From an uncultured virus (IMG/VR IMGVR_UViG_3300050821_011071) (lineage: Duplodnaviria; Heunggongvirae; Uroviricota; Caudoviricetes), in IMG/VR virus record IMGVR_UViG_3300050821_011071: a stretch of DNA of 64,000 nucleotides; one strand, written 5' to 3'. Shown one piece after another: positions 1-9,350 of this stretch. The notes beneath the pieces were generated by a model. That model had not been told where the DNA came from. It did no database searches and saw nothing but the letters and a program-made list of their open reading frames with translations. A program made the position numbers and the translations under genes. The first letter of the stretch is position 1; every line of letters starts with the position of its first letter.

Positions 1-680
1 CAAGTCGGCGAGTGGAACAACTACGCGAACTTCTCGGCATTCGCGATTGCTAGCTCCATCGACCAGCTCGTTGGGAACAGCGCAATCGAACTCGGCTACC
101 AAGCCGGGCAGTCTATCTCGGAACTATACAGCGCAGTTGCTGATAGCGCATCCGGCGTGGACGCGAACGTTAACCAGAGCGCGCTTCTAGCAACGCCCTT
201 CACTCTCGACTTGGCAACAATTCGTGAACTGAAGCAGCAGCTAGTTTCCGCAAACGTGCTTCCTTGCAAGCGTGGGAAGTTCATGGGCGCAATCAGCCCG
301 AACGTTCTTGGCGATATTTACAACGCCACGACCGTGAACAACTCAATCGTTGATTTCTGGAAGTACTCCAACAACGAAAAGTTCGACAAGATGGCTGGCG
401 CAGACCAGACCATGGAAATCGAACTACCGGGCACAAACATTGTGTTCCGTCAAACCCCGTTCGTTACCAAGACCGCGAACTACAGCGGCTCTGGTAAGAC
501 CGCGTACCGCACCTACATCTTCGGCAACTATGCGATGATTGGCGTGTGGCTACAGGTTCCGGGCGACACCGACCTCGATGAGGGCGACTGGCGTACGATT
601 GACTGCCGCGTTGTAACTGACGCGCCGCCGTCTAGCTTTGACCCAACCGCCACAATCGGCGGATGGTGCAGTTACAGGTT
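1..680 (+). CDS. Major capsid protein, exon 1 (5'-truncated by window edge; N4-gp56-like/HK97-fold family)
   Basis: Frame +1 is open from base 1 (QVGEWNNYANFSAFAIASSID...DPTATIGGWCSYRF). It resembles the C-terminal half of podovirus major capsid proteins and lies upstream of the virion gene block. Confidence 0.7.
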
Positions 681-922
681 TGAAGGTCACCACATTAGTG
701 ACCACGGACTCGCACTAGCGGCATAACCTAGTGTTAGAAAATTCTCTCTGATTGACTTGAACGCTGAAATGCCAACAAGGGGCAAGCCGAAAGGCAGCCT
801 GAACGACTAAGCGAGAGAACGCCCTTTGGGGCGATGCGATAGTCTGCTCTTACAGGAAACGAAACTGTAAGAAGTCGGCAGAAATGACCGACTCCCGTTC
901 GAAAGAACGGAGTAACACAAGG
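681..922 (+). ncRNA. ORF-less group I intron (242 nt) in the major capsid gene
   Basis: P3 TTCTCTC(742-748)/GAGAGAA(813-819); P7 GACTA(805-809)/TAGTC(840-844); P8 CGCCC-TTTG-GGGCG; P2 CACTAG/CTAGTG; P9-type hairpins 849-912. Exon ends in U680, which can pair U.G with internal GGACT. Intron ends in G922. Joining 680 to 923 restores the frame (TT+C = Phe). Confidence 0.85.
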
Positions 923-1007
923 CCACCAAACTGTGACATTGCCGCCTGCGACTGGCCTAAACACCCAGCGTATTCGCTACATTGACACTGTGCCCGCTAT
1001 ACAATAG
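923..1007 (+). CDS. Major capsid protein, exon 2 (HQTVTLPPATGLNTQRIRYIDTVPAIQ*)
   Basis: In frame with exon 1 after removing 681-922; gives a plausible capsid C-terminus; TAG at 1005-1007. Confidence 0.75.
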
Positions 1008-1061
1008 TTAGTTAATTGTATAGTTAATAAAATTCCCGCGACCTCATGAATCGCGGCCTAC

Positions 1062-1096
1062 TAATCAGGGGAGTGCCAAGAACACTCCCCAGATTA
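1062..1096 (+). promoter_or_regulatory. Stem-loop between the capsid gene and the endonuclease RBS
   Basis: TAATC-A-GGGGAGTG ccaagaa CACTCCCC-A-GATTA inverted repeat followed by a T-rich stretch and GGAG; terminator or attenuator candidate. Confidence 0.5.
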
Positions 1097-1113
1097 TCTT
1101 TCTTGGAGATTAA

Positions 1114-1581
1114 ATGGAAGACCTATCTAAATACGAAGTTGGCTCAATTGAGTACGTTCGCGCAGCTAATCGCAATTATTACGAGCGACATAAAGAGGAA
1201 GAAAAAGCTCGAACAACTAAATGGCGCAAAGATAATTGGGTTTGGTGGCAGAATTATTGTGAAGAAAATAAAGACAAACGAGCCGCCGCAAGTAGAAAAC
1301 ACTATTATGGAATCACTCAAGATGAGTTTGATTCTAAAATGAAATCACAAGACGGGAAGTGTGCTGTCTGTAATAAACCTCTTGTCCGCCCTAGCCTAGA
1401 CCACGGACACGACTGCTGCCCCGGAAAGAAAAGTTGTGGTAAGTGTATCCGTGGGATTTTATGCCAAGGGTGCAACACTATTCTCGGGTTATCTCAAGAT
1501 TCAATAGAAACTCTCAGCAACGCAATTCAATACTTGAAAGGATGGCAAAATGGCAGTCGACAACAGAATCCGAACAGTTGA
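1114..1581 (+). CDS. Endonuclease VII-family (His-Me finger) free-standing endonuclease
   Basis: YGIT..EF....QDGKCAVC...LDHGH....IRGILCQGCNTILG motif typical of EndoVII-like homing endonucleases; GGAG RBS. Confidence 0.85.
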   Translation: MEDLSKYEVGSIEYVRAANRNYYERHKEEEKARTTKWRKDNWVWWQNYCEENKDKRAAASRKHYYGITQDEFDSKMKSQDGKCAVCNKPLVRPSLDHGHDCCPGKKSCGKCIRGILCQGCNTILGLSQDSIETLSNAIQYLKGWQNGSRQQNPNS

Positions 1582-2221
1582 TGGTTTGAAAGACACAGAC
1601 GAACCGTGGAAGGCGTACAGAGACATCGACGCCACGCAAGAAACGTTCGCAAAGTACTACGCGGGCGGTACCCCAGATTGGATGCGCTGGCCAAACGATT
1701 ACAAGAATTTCGCCCGCGAAGAGTTCCTCAAAGTCAGAGAGGAATCGCAAGCAATGGCCTTGCAATACCAGCTTGATGACCAAGCTGATTTGACCAACCG
1801 CGTAGCTCGCATGGTCAACCCGATGTCTACAAGAGATTTTATCGCGAAGCTTCGCGCTAACGACATCAAGTGCTTCACGGTCGACAACGGCTTCCCGCCG
1901 CAAACAGTTGCTTTGTGGTGTATGCCGCCGAGACAGAATCGCCGCGCTCGCTATATTTGCTACATGCAAGTCCCGGCGATGTACGAGTGGAGCGTCTTGA
2001 AAGAAGACGCGTATGGCAAGCCGATGGGGGAAGACTTCCGCGGCTGGCGCACTGTAATTATTCAGCTCATTGAGAAAGAGATTTTGACCGAAGCGCAAGC
2101 TCACCAGATTTTTGGAAATCCTTCGAGTAATCCCGTATTTAGTCGCTACCACCAATCGTTGTGGGAAATCCGCAACGGCAAGAAGTACACTGAAGACGAG
2201 CTTCACGCGAACGACGTTTAG
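1550..2221 (+). CDS. Hypothetical phage protein (223 aa)
   Basis: Long ORF, co-oriented with the virion genes, with an AAGGA RBS. Confidence 0.7.
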   Translation: MAVDNRIRTVDGLKDTDEPWKAYRDIDATQETFAKYYAGGTPDWMRWPNDYKNFAREEFLKVREESQAMALQYQLDDQADLTNRVARMVNPMSTRDFIAKLRANDIKCFTVDNGFPPQTVALWCMPPRQNRRARYICYMQVPAMYEWSVLKEDAYGKPMGEDFRGWRTVIIQLIEKEILTEAQAHQIFGNPSSNPVFSRYHQSLWEIRNGKKYTEDELHANDV

Positions 2222-2311
2222 CAGTAAAACAGCCCACCACGCAGGCTTGACAGAGGCGCGGAACAATGGTCGAAGCAGCGGCACAGTACGCCTAGACCCC
2301 AAGGAAAAATC

Positions 2312-2941
2312 ATGACGAACCAAGTAAATCAGCAAGGCGGAGCTCCGTCTTCAACCACAGCTCCAAAAGCACCAACAGCATCATCGGTATTGGGCGAAGG
2401 CAAAGATGTTTTGACCCAACTACTCGGTTTGATGATGTTGAAGGAAGCGCGCGAGCAAGAGAAGCTTGAAAGCGAAGCCGCAGCGCTGGCGCAACGCAAT
2501 AAAAAGCGCGCCGAGAATAACAGGGAACACGACTCTCGATTGCTCTTACGTCAGGCTCGTTGCCGCCACTTAAAGGGCGCGACCAGTACGGCAAAGAATC
2601 CAACAATCGATTACGCCGTATATCAGCACACATTTATTAACGCCGACACCTACATCCGCTGCCAGATTTGTGGCGCGCGTTGGAGACCGGAAGACACCGT
2701 TGAGTTCTTGGTCCGCAACGGTCGAAAGATTTCGAATCACACGAAGAAAGGTTGGAGAGAAGCAAGCGACATGCTCCAACAGTCGACGAACACCAAGACG
2801 ATGTCCGAGATTCCGTTCGCATCCTTGTATAAGGCTCAGGCCGAAGGCAAGTATGTCGCGGCTTCGGATGCATACGGACAGCAAACCAATCTCAAGATTG
2901 TCGATGAGAAGGGTAATGAAGTATCGTCTGTAGAACTTTAA
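2312..2941 (+). CDS. Hypothetical protein with coiled coil and CxH/H/CxxC metal-binding residues (209 aa)
   Basis: AAGGA RBS; CRHLKG...HTF...RCQICG. Confidence 0.7.
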   Translation: MTNQVNQQGGAPSSTTAPKAPTASSVLGEGKDVLTQLLGLMMLKEAREQEKLESEAAALAQRNKKRAENNREHDSRLLLRQARCRHLKGATSTAKNPTIDYAVYQHTFINADTYIRCQICGARWRPEDTVEFLVRNGRKISNHTKKGWREASDMLQQSTNTKTMSEIPFASLYKAQAEGKYVAASDAYGQQTNLKIVDEKGNEVSSVEL

Positions 2942-2949
2942 AATCCTCA

Positions 2950-2977
2950 GGGGAGTCTTTCGAGGCTCCCCTTATTT
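2950..2977 (+). terminator. Probable intrinsic terminator
   Basis: GGGGAGTC-TTTCGA-GGCTCCCC hairpin followed by TTATTT, directly after the stop at 2941. Confidence 0.6.
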
Positions 2978-3075
2978 CCCTAGGAAAAATGAAATTCACC
3001 TACCCCGAGGCCGTTTCAGGTCAAATATCCGAATTTAAAATTATACCTGCACTACTTTCTGCGAGAGGATTTTAA

Positions 3076-5889
3076 ATGTCTAATCCTCAAAATAAGTGGC
3101 AGACCGTCCCGGGTGAGAATTTTTTAGAACTCATCCGTACTGGTGACCCGGCTGCGGTAAATCCCGTGGGTGGTATTGATTCTACAGGAGCGCCATTTGG
3201 AAATTTGCTTCCCGGAGTTCACACGGACGCAACTTTGTCGGGCGCAGGCACGCCTGCTTCGCCTTTGTCAGTGGCGGGCGCAGCTTTAATTAGTCCGGTG
3301 GTTTCTCCAAATCCGCTGGCTTTTGATACGAATGTAAATTTCAAAGGTCCGAATCCCTACGTGGATGTGACTCGATACGGAGTTCGTGCTATTACTCCGA
3401 CGACAACCCCTGCCGCTGTAGGATTAACGGTAACTATAAATTCCGGGTCTGCGTCCGCGCTAATTTCAAGCGCCAGCAGCTTTGTGAATGGCGACGGCGT
3501 TGTTATTTACGGAGCGGGCCCTGCGCATAGCATGACCACCCCAACCGGTGTTAGCGTTACCCCGAGCATCGCGTCCGCCGGTACCGGCACAGGCCTCGTC
3601 GTTAATGGCCCCGCAGGCTCGACAACGTATAATTATCAAGTAATTGCAAGAGATAAAAATGGTGGATTGACGGCGGCCAGCACAGTCGCATCGACCACCA
3701 CAGGTTCCGCATCGCTGGGTCGTCAGTCTGTGAATATTTCAACATTATCTCGTTCCGGAAATATTACAACAGTTGTCACATCGTCCGCCCACAGTCTGTC
3801 GATTGGCTCGATGGTTTATGTTGCGACAACATCAGACGACGTAAATTTTGGCGGCTGGTTTGTTGTAGCAACAACCCCAGATAATACTCACTTTACGTTC
3901 TTGAGCGGATTAGATACGAACAATGGTGCGGCGACTTCTGCCACAGGCGGAACCGCCGTATGGTTCAATTGCAATCACATTACTTGGACTGCGGTAACAG
4001 GCGCATTTCAGTATCATATCTACGGCAGAACAGGCGGAAGTCTTACTTGGATTGGATGCAGTCGCCCGACCGGAAACAATTTATCAGATTTGACATTTGA
4101 CGATTTCGGCTCTCCGATGATGGATAATTTTAAACAGCCGGGGTTGATTCCGAGCACACCGCCGTCCTCAGCTACTAGTGATAGCTTGGTGACGACAATC
4201 CTTTCTGGTGCTGGAACCACGTCTCTTACGTTGGCCAACACAGCATCAACCAATGTCTCGGGCGCAACAATCCGTTTCGATAATGCGCCAAACATTTTAA
4301 CTGCGGCTAACGCGGCTCGAAATGTTAATGGACTTTTGCATTTTCCTGTGTCTAGCGCAGGGCAGTACGTCGTGAATTCGTATCTCGTGCTTCCTAGCGA
4401 TATAACTATATCTATAACCACAGGATTTTTTCTAAATGACACCATCGAAGCAGGCCAAGGAGTCAATTGGTACGGAGACGTTATCCCTCAAGGAAGGCCA
4501 CCACAAGCTTTCGCACAAAATAGTTGGGCACAAGTGGGTGTTTCGGAGGCAAATCCCGGAATTTATATTCCTTCCGGCACCATTTCTTACTGGAGAGGTT
4601 TATCTTTTTCAGGCCAAGGCTTGTTAAACGGCGGGTTATTAGTAGTAGCAGACCAAGTTAGCCCTATAACTTTCGAGAACGTTAATTTTACGTCTAGCAC
4701 AGGTTCTGGGGACTATATGGGCATCGGTCTTATTTTGCGAGGAGACGTTGTAGGTTCTGGAAATTCGTCGTATGTAAACATCTTCAGAAACGTTTTTATC
4801 GGTGGCGGCCCCACACAAGTTAACGGTGCTTGCTTTACTCCGGGATTTTACTGTGACGGATGTGGCTTGACCAGTATGGTTAATATTAATTTGACGCTTC
4901 GTGGAATTTTTGTTCGGTCTGTTTTAAGTGGCCCCTCTTCTTTTGAGTTGAATACCGGCAGGCAACAAGGTAGTATAATGCCGACCGTAACTTTTTACAG
5001 TGGTTTCGGAGACAGTCCCTCCATTATTATTAGAAGTTTTGAACAGGATACCACTGCCCATCCTATTTTTACGGCTCTGGGTGGCGCTACGCCTCTTGTT
5101 CTGCTTGAGAATTCCGGCTTCCCCGGAGGGGTTGGCGGAGCTACTGCACCGCTCGTTTGCGGTCTTATGGCCAGTACCGTCGGAGTGAATGAGGTGTCTG
5201 GGAATTCAACAGCTATAACTGGGCAGAACACCCTTTCTAAAACCCTTAATTTTGGTTTTGCGATAGACGGGGCAATTAACACCCCCGTTTCAGGACGATA
5301 CACAAGCCAGATATTTAATACTGGTGTCACTATTGGAAAAGCTTACTCGTTGTTTGCGGCAGGCCCCGCGCCCGCTGCTCCTACGGCAGTCGTAAGTGCG
5401 GGGGGCGGTGTTTCTATTGGCACTCATACATATCAAGTTGTCCCTGTGTGGGCAAACGGGGCAGAAGGGGCGGTGTCCCCGCCGTCAGCACTTGTTACAA
5501 CCACTACGGGTAATCAGACGGTCACCGTATCTTGGGTGGCGGTTCCCGGCGGCCCAATAGGTTATGACGTTTATCAAGATGGGCAACTTGTGTCACTAGG
5601 CGCAGGTAATTGCACTACGATTCCGCAATACACAGGAACAAGCGCAGTTATCACGTCTTTTATTTGTGGTTCGGGTACGTCTGTCCCGGCTGGTGGCCCA
5701 ACTATACTTAATGTCAACGGTTTGTTTGCTCCAGCTTTGACGTTATCATCGGTTTTATTTGCAAATCTGGGAACTCCTAAGAACGGGACTTTTTATTTCT
5801 GTCCCGATTGCAATATCGCCAATCCGTGCACCGGAAGCGGAACAGGCGCATTTGCAAAACGACTAAACGGTGTCTGGGTATGTAATTAA
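3076..5889 (+). CDS. Tail spike/fibre-like virion protein with a probable beta-helix region (937 aa)
   Basis: G/S/T-rich; YVDVTRYG and DNAPNILTAANAA motifs typical of pectate-lyase-like tailspike starts; Cys-rich C-terminus. Confidence 0.6.
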   Translation: MSNPQNKWQTVPGENFLELIRTGDPAAVNPVGGIDSTGAPFGNLLPGVHTDATLSGAGTPASPLSVAGAALISPVVSPNPLAFDTNVNFKGPNPYVDVTRYGVRAITPTTTPAAVGLTVTINSGSASALISSASSFVNGDGVVIYGAGPAHSMTTPTGVSVTPSIASAGTGTGLVVNGPAGSTTYNYQVIARDKNGGLTAASTVASTTTGSASLGRQSVNISTLSRSGNITTVVTSSAHSLSIGSMVYVATTSDDVNFGGWFVVATTPDNTHFTFLSGLDTNNGAATSATGGTAVWFNCNHITWTAVTGAFQYHIYGRTGGSLTWIGCSRPTGNNLSDLTFDDFGSPMMDNFKQPGLIPSTPPSSATSDSLVTTILSGAGTTSLTLANTASTNVSGATIRFDNAPNILTAANAARNVNGLLHFPVSSAGQYVVNSYLVLPSDITISITTGFFLNDTIEAGQGVNWYGDVIPQGRPPQAFAQNSWAQVGVSEANPGIYIPSGTISYWRGLSFSGQGLLNGGLLVVADQVSPITFENVNFTSSTGSGDYMGIGLILRGDVVGSGNSSYVNIFRNVFIGGGPTQVNGACFTPGFYCDGCGLTSMVNINLTLRGIFVRSVLSGPSSFELNTGRQQGSIMPTVTFYSGFGDSPSIIIRSFEQDTTAHPIFTALGGATPLVLLENSGFPGGVGGATAPLVCGLMASTVGVNEVSGNSTAITGQNTLSKTLNFGFAIDGAINTPVSGRYTSQIFNTGVTIGKAYSLFAAGPAPAAPTAVVSAGGGVSIGTHTYQVVPVWANGAEGAVSPPSALVTTTTGNQTVTVSWVAVPGGPIGYDVYQDGQLVSLGAGNCTTIPQYTGTSAVITSFICGSGTSVPAGGPTILNVNGLFAPALTLSSVLFANLGTPKNGTFYFCPDCNIANPCTGSGTGAFAKRLNGVWVCN

Positions 5890-6084
5890 ATGATACAAAC
5901 TGACCAATACCAAGTTTGCGACGTGTGTCGAATTCTGGATTACGATTGCACACCGAAATTGTGTTCGTATTGTTCCTTATGCGACGCTTGGGTATGCCAA
6001 CCTGATAAAAACAAATTGACCAGACGCACATTAGCGGCAGTTAAAAGAGGGTTAGAACCCGGATACAAAGGAATCTCACAATGA
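5890..6084 (+). CDS. Small Cys-rich protein (64 aa)
   Basis: CxxC...CxxCxxCxxxxC; abuts the upstream stop and overlaps the next ATG. Confidence 0.55.
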   Translation: MIQTDQYQVCDVCRILDYDCTPKLCSYCSLCDAWVCQPDKNKLTRRTLAAVKRGLEPGYKGISQ

Positions 6085-6218
6085 ACGAACGTGAACAAAT
6101 TATAAATTTTTTGCTCCAAGCATGCGATGCAAAAAATAAAACTATAGAACAACTTCAGGCCCAAATAGCAGAATTGCAAAAGAAATTAGTTCTTGCGTCG
6201 CCCACCCCTGCATCCTAA
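6081..6218 (+). CDS. Small coiled-coil protein (45 aa, MNEREQIINFLLQ...)
   Basis: ATGA overlap with the previous stop; fills the gap to 6231; below the ORF-track length cut-off. Confidence 0.5.
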   Translation: MNEREQIINFLLQACDAKNKTIEQLQAQIAELQKKLVLASPTPAS

Positions 6219-6230
6219 AGAGAGTAACAT

Positions 6231-7298
6231 ATGGCGATTACATTATTGCAGTCTAACTCTATTAATGGTTCTTCAACCGGTAGCTTTACCGCTGACGTCC
6301 CTGCGGGAAGTTTGTTGATAGCAGGAAAAAGAGCGGGGACAGGGGGCGCTTTTTCAGACCCTGTTAATGGTTCGTGGACACAAGCTATTGCCACCCCTTT
6401 TGGCCCCTCCGGAGTGTGGTACGTTAAGAATTGTCTTTTCACCCCGGCGAGCACAGTTATAACAACTGCTTCGGGAAACGCCGAGTGGATTATAGCAGCC
6501 TTTTCTGGAATCGACCATATAAACGCTCTCGACCAAACCAATACTAATTCCGGCTCAACTGCGGCGTACAATTCTGGGAGCGTTACGCCGTCGATAGCAA
6601 CCCCCGTTGAGCTGCTCTTGACTAACATAGCAAATAACTTTGCTGGCTCTTTGACAGATACCCCGGGCGCTGGTTGGGTGGATATAGCTGGCGGTTCTGG
6701 TGGTAATGAATTTTTAGCTTTTAAAATCGTCACTGCGTCTGCGCCAAATAGCAACGCAGGCACTTTTAACTCAGCTACTTCGTGGGGAGCTGTTATCGCT
6801 TCGTTTGCCGCAGCAGCCGTTGCAACACCAGTATTTAGTCCTGTATCTGGTTCTTACGGCTCGGTGCAACTTGTAACGATTTCATCGACCGACTCAGGTT
6901 TGCCCGGATTCGCTATATTTTACACGACGGACGGTTCGGTCCCCACAACTAGTTCGACACCGTACACAGGCCCTATTTCAGTTTCATCTAGCCAAACAAT
7001 ACGAGCGTTGGCATCAGCGACCAATCAGAATAATAGCGCAGTCGGCAGCGCTACTTATACGATTAGCGCAGGCGGGGCATACAGCGTTCCAGACAGCCGA
7101 GCAATAACGGCAACCACACCCAACTCATCGAGAACAGTTCAAGGTACAAAAATTTACGATGTTCCCAAAGTCGATTCCCGTGCCGCAGGCGCGCCGGTCG
7201 ACTGTCGCATCGCACCGAATATTCCGGTAGACTCACGCGTATCTCCTAATATACCACAAAACTCAAGAACACCGGGAACTTTCGGACCCGGGGAGTAA
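6231..7298 (+). CDS. Virion protein with chitobiase/FN3-associated (CHB_HEX_C-like) domain (355 aa)
   Basis: VATPVFSP.SG.Y...QLVTISS...IFYTTDGSVPTTSSTPYTGPISVSSSQTIRALA signature; C-terminal P-x-D/N-S-R repeats. Confidence 0.7.
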   Translation: MAITLLQSNSINGSSTGSFTADVPAGSLLIAGKRAGTGGAFSDPVNGSWTQAIATPFGPSGVWYVKNCLFTPASTVITTASGNAEWIIAAFSGIDHINALDQTNTNSGSTAAYNSGSVTPSIATPVELLLTNIANNFAGSLTDTPGAGWVDIAGGSGGNEFLAFKIVTASAPNSNAGTFNSATSWGAVIASFAAAAVATPVFSPVSGSYGSVQLVTISSTDSGLPGFAIFYTTDGSVPTTSSTPYTGPISVSSSQTIRALASATNQNNSAVGSATYTISAGGAYSVPDSRAITATTPNSSRTVQGTKIYDVPKVDSRAAGAPVDCRIAPNIPVDSRVSPNIPQNSRTPGTFGPGE

Positions 7299-7301
7299 CT
7301 C

Positions 7302-8612
7302 ATGGCAAATGCCATTTCAGGAAAGGCCGCCGCTGGCGCGCTCATTACGCTTTCAGGAGCTGCGTCAGCGACGACTATTGCGGGTCCAACCGGATTGTAT
7401 TCATTCACAGGATTGGCCGCGGGCGCGTACGTTGTTACTCCAACGAAGACCGGTCTAACGTTTTCTCCCCTTAGCCAGAACGAAACAATTGTCGCCACCG
7501 ACATCACCGGCGTCAACTTCCTCGCCACATCTCGAAACGTCGCAGGAAGTAACTTCACGGTTCGAAGCGTGGTTGACCGTGTCGTCACTCGCCCGGAGCT
7601 TGCGCCTTTGATGGACGACGGCGGATACGAAGCCGAGCCAGCACTAACGGCTTGCACAGACACGATGAACGCAATTTGCGGAGTGAACTTTCCGCACAAG
7701 TGGAATGAGATTTTACTCCCTCAGTTTTACACATCGTCGTGGCAGCAAGATTATGCCCTTATTAATCTCGACGGAACTTCTGTTTACGGCGTCGAGTGGC
7801 TGGCGCGCGGCGTAGCGTTCGACATTAACAACAACAGCATTCCGAAACCGTATGTAGAGGTTGAGTGCGGTCGCTCTCTGCCCCAGCGTACGGGGACGTA
7901 CACGAACAATTCGACTCAGATTGGCAACCCGGGTTTTGTTATCGCTAGTTTTCCCAACGAGTCTCTTTACTACGGGACGTGGGGTGCGGCGACCGTGGGT
8001 AACGCAACGCTCGGGAATAATCCGGTTGCGAATAGCGTATACACCAACCCGCTCGGAAACATATCTCAGCCCGCTAATCCGATTACTCAGATTCAAGACG
8101 CTAATGGAAATCTTTTGGTGATTACGACCTTCGGTCACGAAGGTAGCGCAGCTCCGTTGGCTCCGGCAGGTTCTTTGCCGGGAACAACAGTGAGCGGATT
8201 AGGTGCGACGACCGTTTGGACGGTTGTTGACCCTATTGGCCTCGGTATTCGTATCGTCGAGGTCCCATCTCAGACCGGTACCGTGTGGCAATTCAACGTC
8301 GTTGGACAAATGCCGCCGGTTAAGTTTGTGTCTTTGGGACAGACACTAGCTCCGCTCCCAGATAAGTACGAGCCATATTTCCGAGCCGGAGTTACCGCGG
8401 CATTGTTTGCGTGGTCTCCCATCGAAAAGGTTCGTGCAAAAGCTAATGACGAATGGCTGAAGTGGAAAAGAAGCTTAGATGGTCTTCGCGAAGCACAAGA
8501 CCGCGAACTTGAAGAATATTCTTTTGTGCCTGAGCGCAGCGTTATGGGTTCTGCAAGAAGCCGCAACAACTTCCAAGGCGCAGCTTGGCCGTTCAATTAT
8601 CCGAGACCTTAA
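7302..8612 (+). CDS. Virion structural protein with N-terminal Ig/SdrD-B-like domain, possible head-tail adaptor (436 aa)
   Basis: G.YSFTGLAAGAYVVTPTKTG.TFSP motif; helical adaptor-like C-terminus; position in the gene block. Confidence 0.55.
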   Translation: MANAISGKAAAGALITLSGAASATTIAGPTGLYSFTGLAAGAYVVTPTKTGLTFSPLSQNETIVATDITGVNFLATSRNVAGSNFTVRSVVDRVVTRPELAPLMDDGGYEAEPALTACTDTMNAICGVNFPHKWNEILLPQFYTSSWQQDYALINLDGTSVYGVEWLARGVAFDINNNSIPKPYVEVECGRSLPQRTGTYTNNSTQIGNPGFVIASFPNESLYYGTWGAATVGNATLGNNPVANSVYTNPLGNISQPANPITQIQDANGNLLVITTFGHEGSAAPLAPAGSLPGTTVSGLGATTVWTVVDPIGLGIRIVEVPSQTGTVWQFNVVGQMPPVKFVSLGQTLAPLPDKYEPYFRAGVTAALFAWSPIEKVRAKANDEWLKWKRSLDGLREAQDRELEEYSFVPERSVMGSARSRNNFQGAAWPFNYPRP

Positions 8613-8615
8613 AAC

Positions 8616-9350
8616 ATGGCTAATCAAGTAATACAAGACTCTATTAACTACGCTTTGACGTACATTCAGTACGCCCCGATATCTGCGGGAACTAACAACG
8701 AGCCTGCAATCACTATAGCGAACGAGATTCAGAACATGTTTTATGGTCCTCCGTTCACTTGGCCAAATAACCGCAAAGAAGATTCGTCAACGTCTACGGT
8801 CGCGGGCACGCAGGATTACACGATAAATTTGACGGATTTTGCTTATCTTGAAAAGGTTTCTTTGACTGACCCGAACGGCATTGTTTATGACGTCCCAGAC
8901 ATTTACAACAATTTGGCAAAAGGGTTGGCAAACGCTACGTCTGAAAAGAGAATGCGCCCTAATTCGTGCTGCGTTTTGATTGTGACGTACGGCACCAGCG
9001 TGAAGATTCGTTTCATCGGAGTTCCTGACCAGATTTACTTGATTACTTTGACTTACCAGAAATTGATTACGCCGATGTCGACTCTTACCGGCGGCACCGG
9101 AACGTGGACTATTCCTCCTCAGTTCAGCGACGTTTATAACAGCCTTTTCCTCGGTGAAGCAATGGCGGTAGCGGGTGACGAGAGAGCAAATCAACATCGC
9201 CAGCGCGGCGTAGCCACCCTTCTCTCGAAGGCGCAAGGTTTGACCGAGTTAGAAATCAACGCGTTTCTCGAACAGTATTGGTCGCGCGTGAATTATCAGC
9301 AAGCACAGAGTTTGAGAACAGCACAAGGGACACAAGGTAGAGGAATTTAA
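8616..9350 (+). CDS. Probable head-tail adaptor protein (244 aa)
   Basis: STVAGTQDYT and IPPQF motifs typical of podovirus adaptor proteins; precedes the large tail gene. Confidence 0.55.
   Translation: MANQVIQDSINYALTYIQYAPISAGTNNEPAITIANEIQNMFYGPPFTWPNNRKEDSSTSTVAGTQDYTINLTDFAYLEKVSLTDPNGIVYDVPDIYNNLAKGLANATSEKRMRPNSCCVLIVTYGTSVKIRFIGVPDQIYLITLTYQKLITPMSTLTGGTGTWTIPPQFSDVYNSLFLGEAMAVAGDERANQHRQRGVATLLSKAQGLTELEINAFLEQYWSRVNYQQAQSLRTAQGTQGRGI

Noticed and set aside
2240..2280. TTGACA at about 2248 as a promoter
   Set aside because: No acceptable -10 hexamer at 16-18 nt spacing.
2989..3075. 28-codon mini-ORF in frame with and abutting the 937-aa gene (possible read-through)
   Set aside because: Too short to assess; the 937-aa gene has its own GAGGA RBS inside it.
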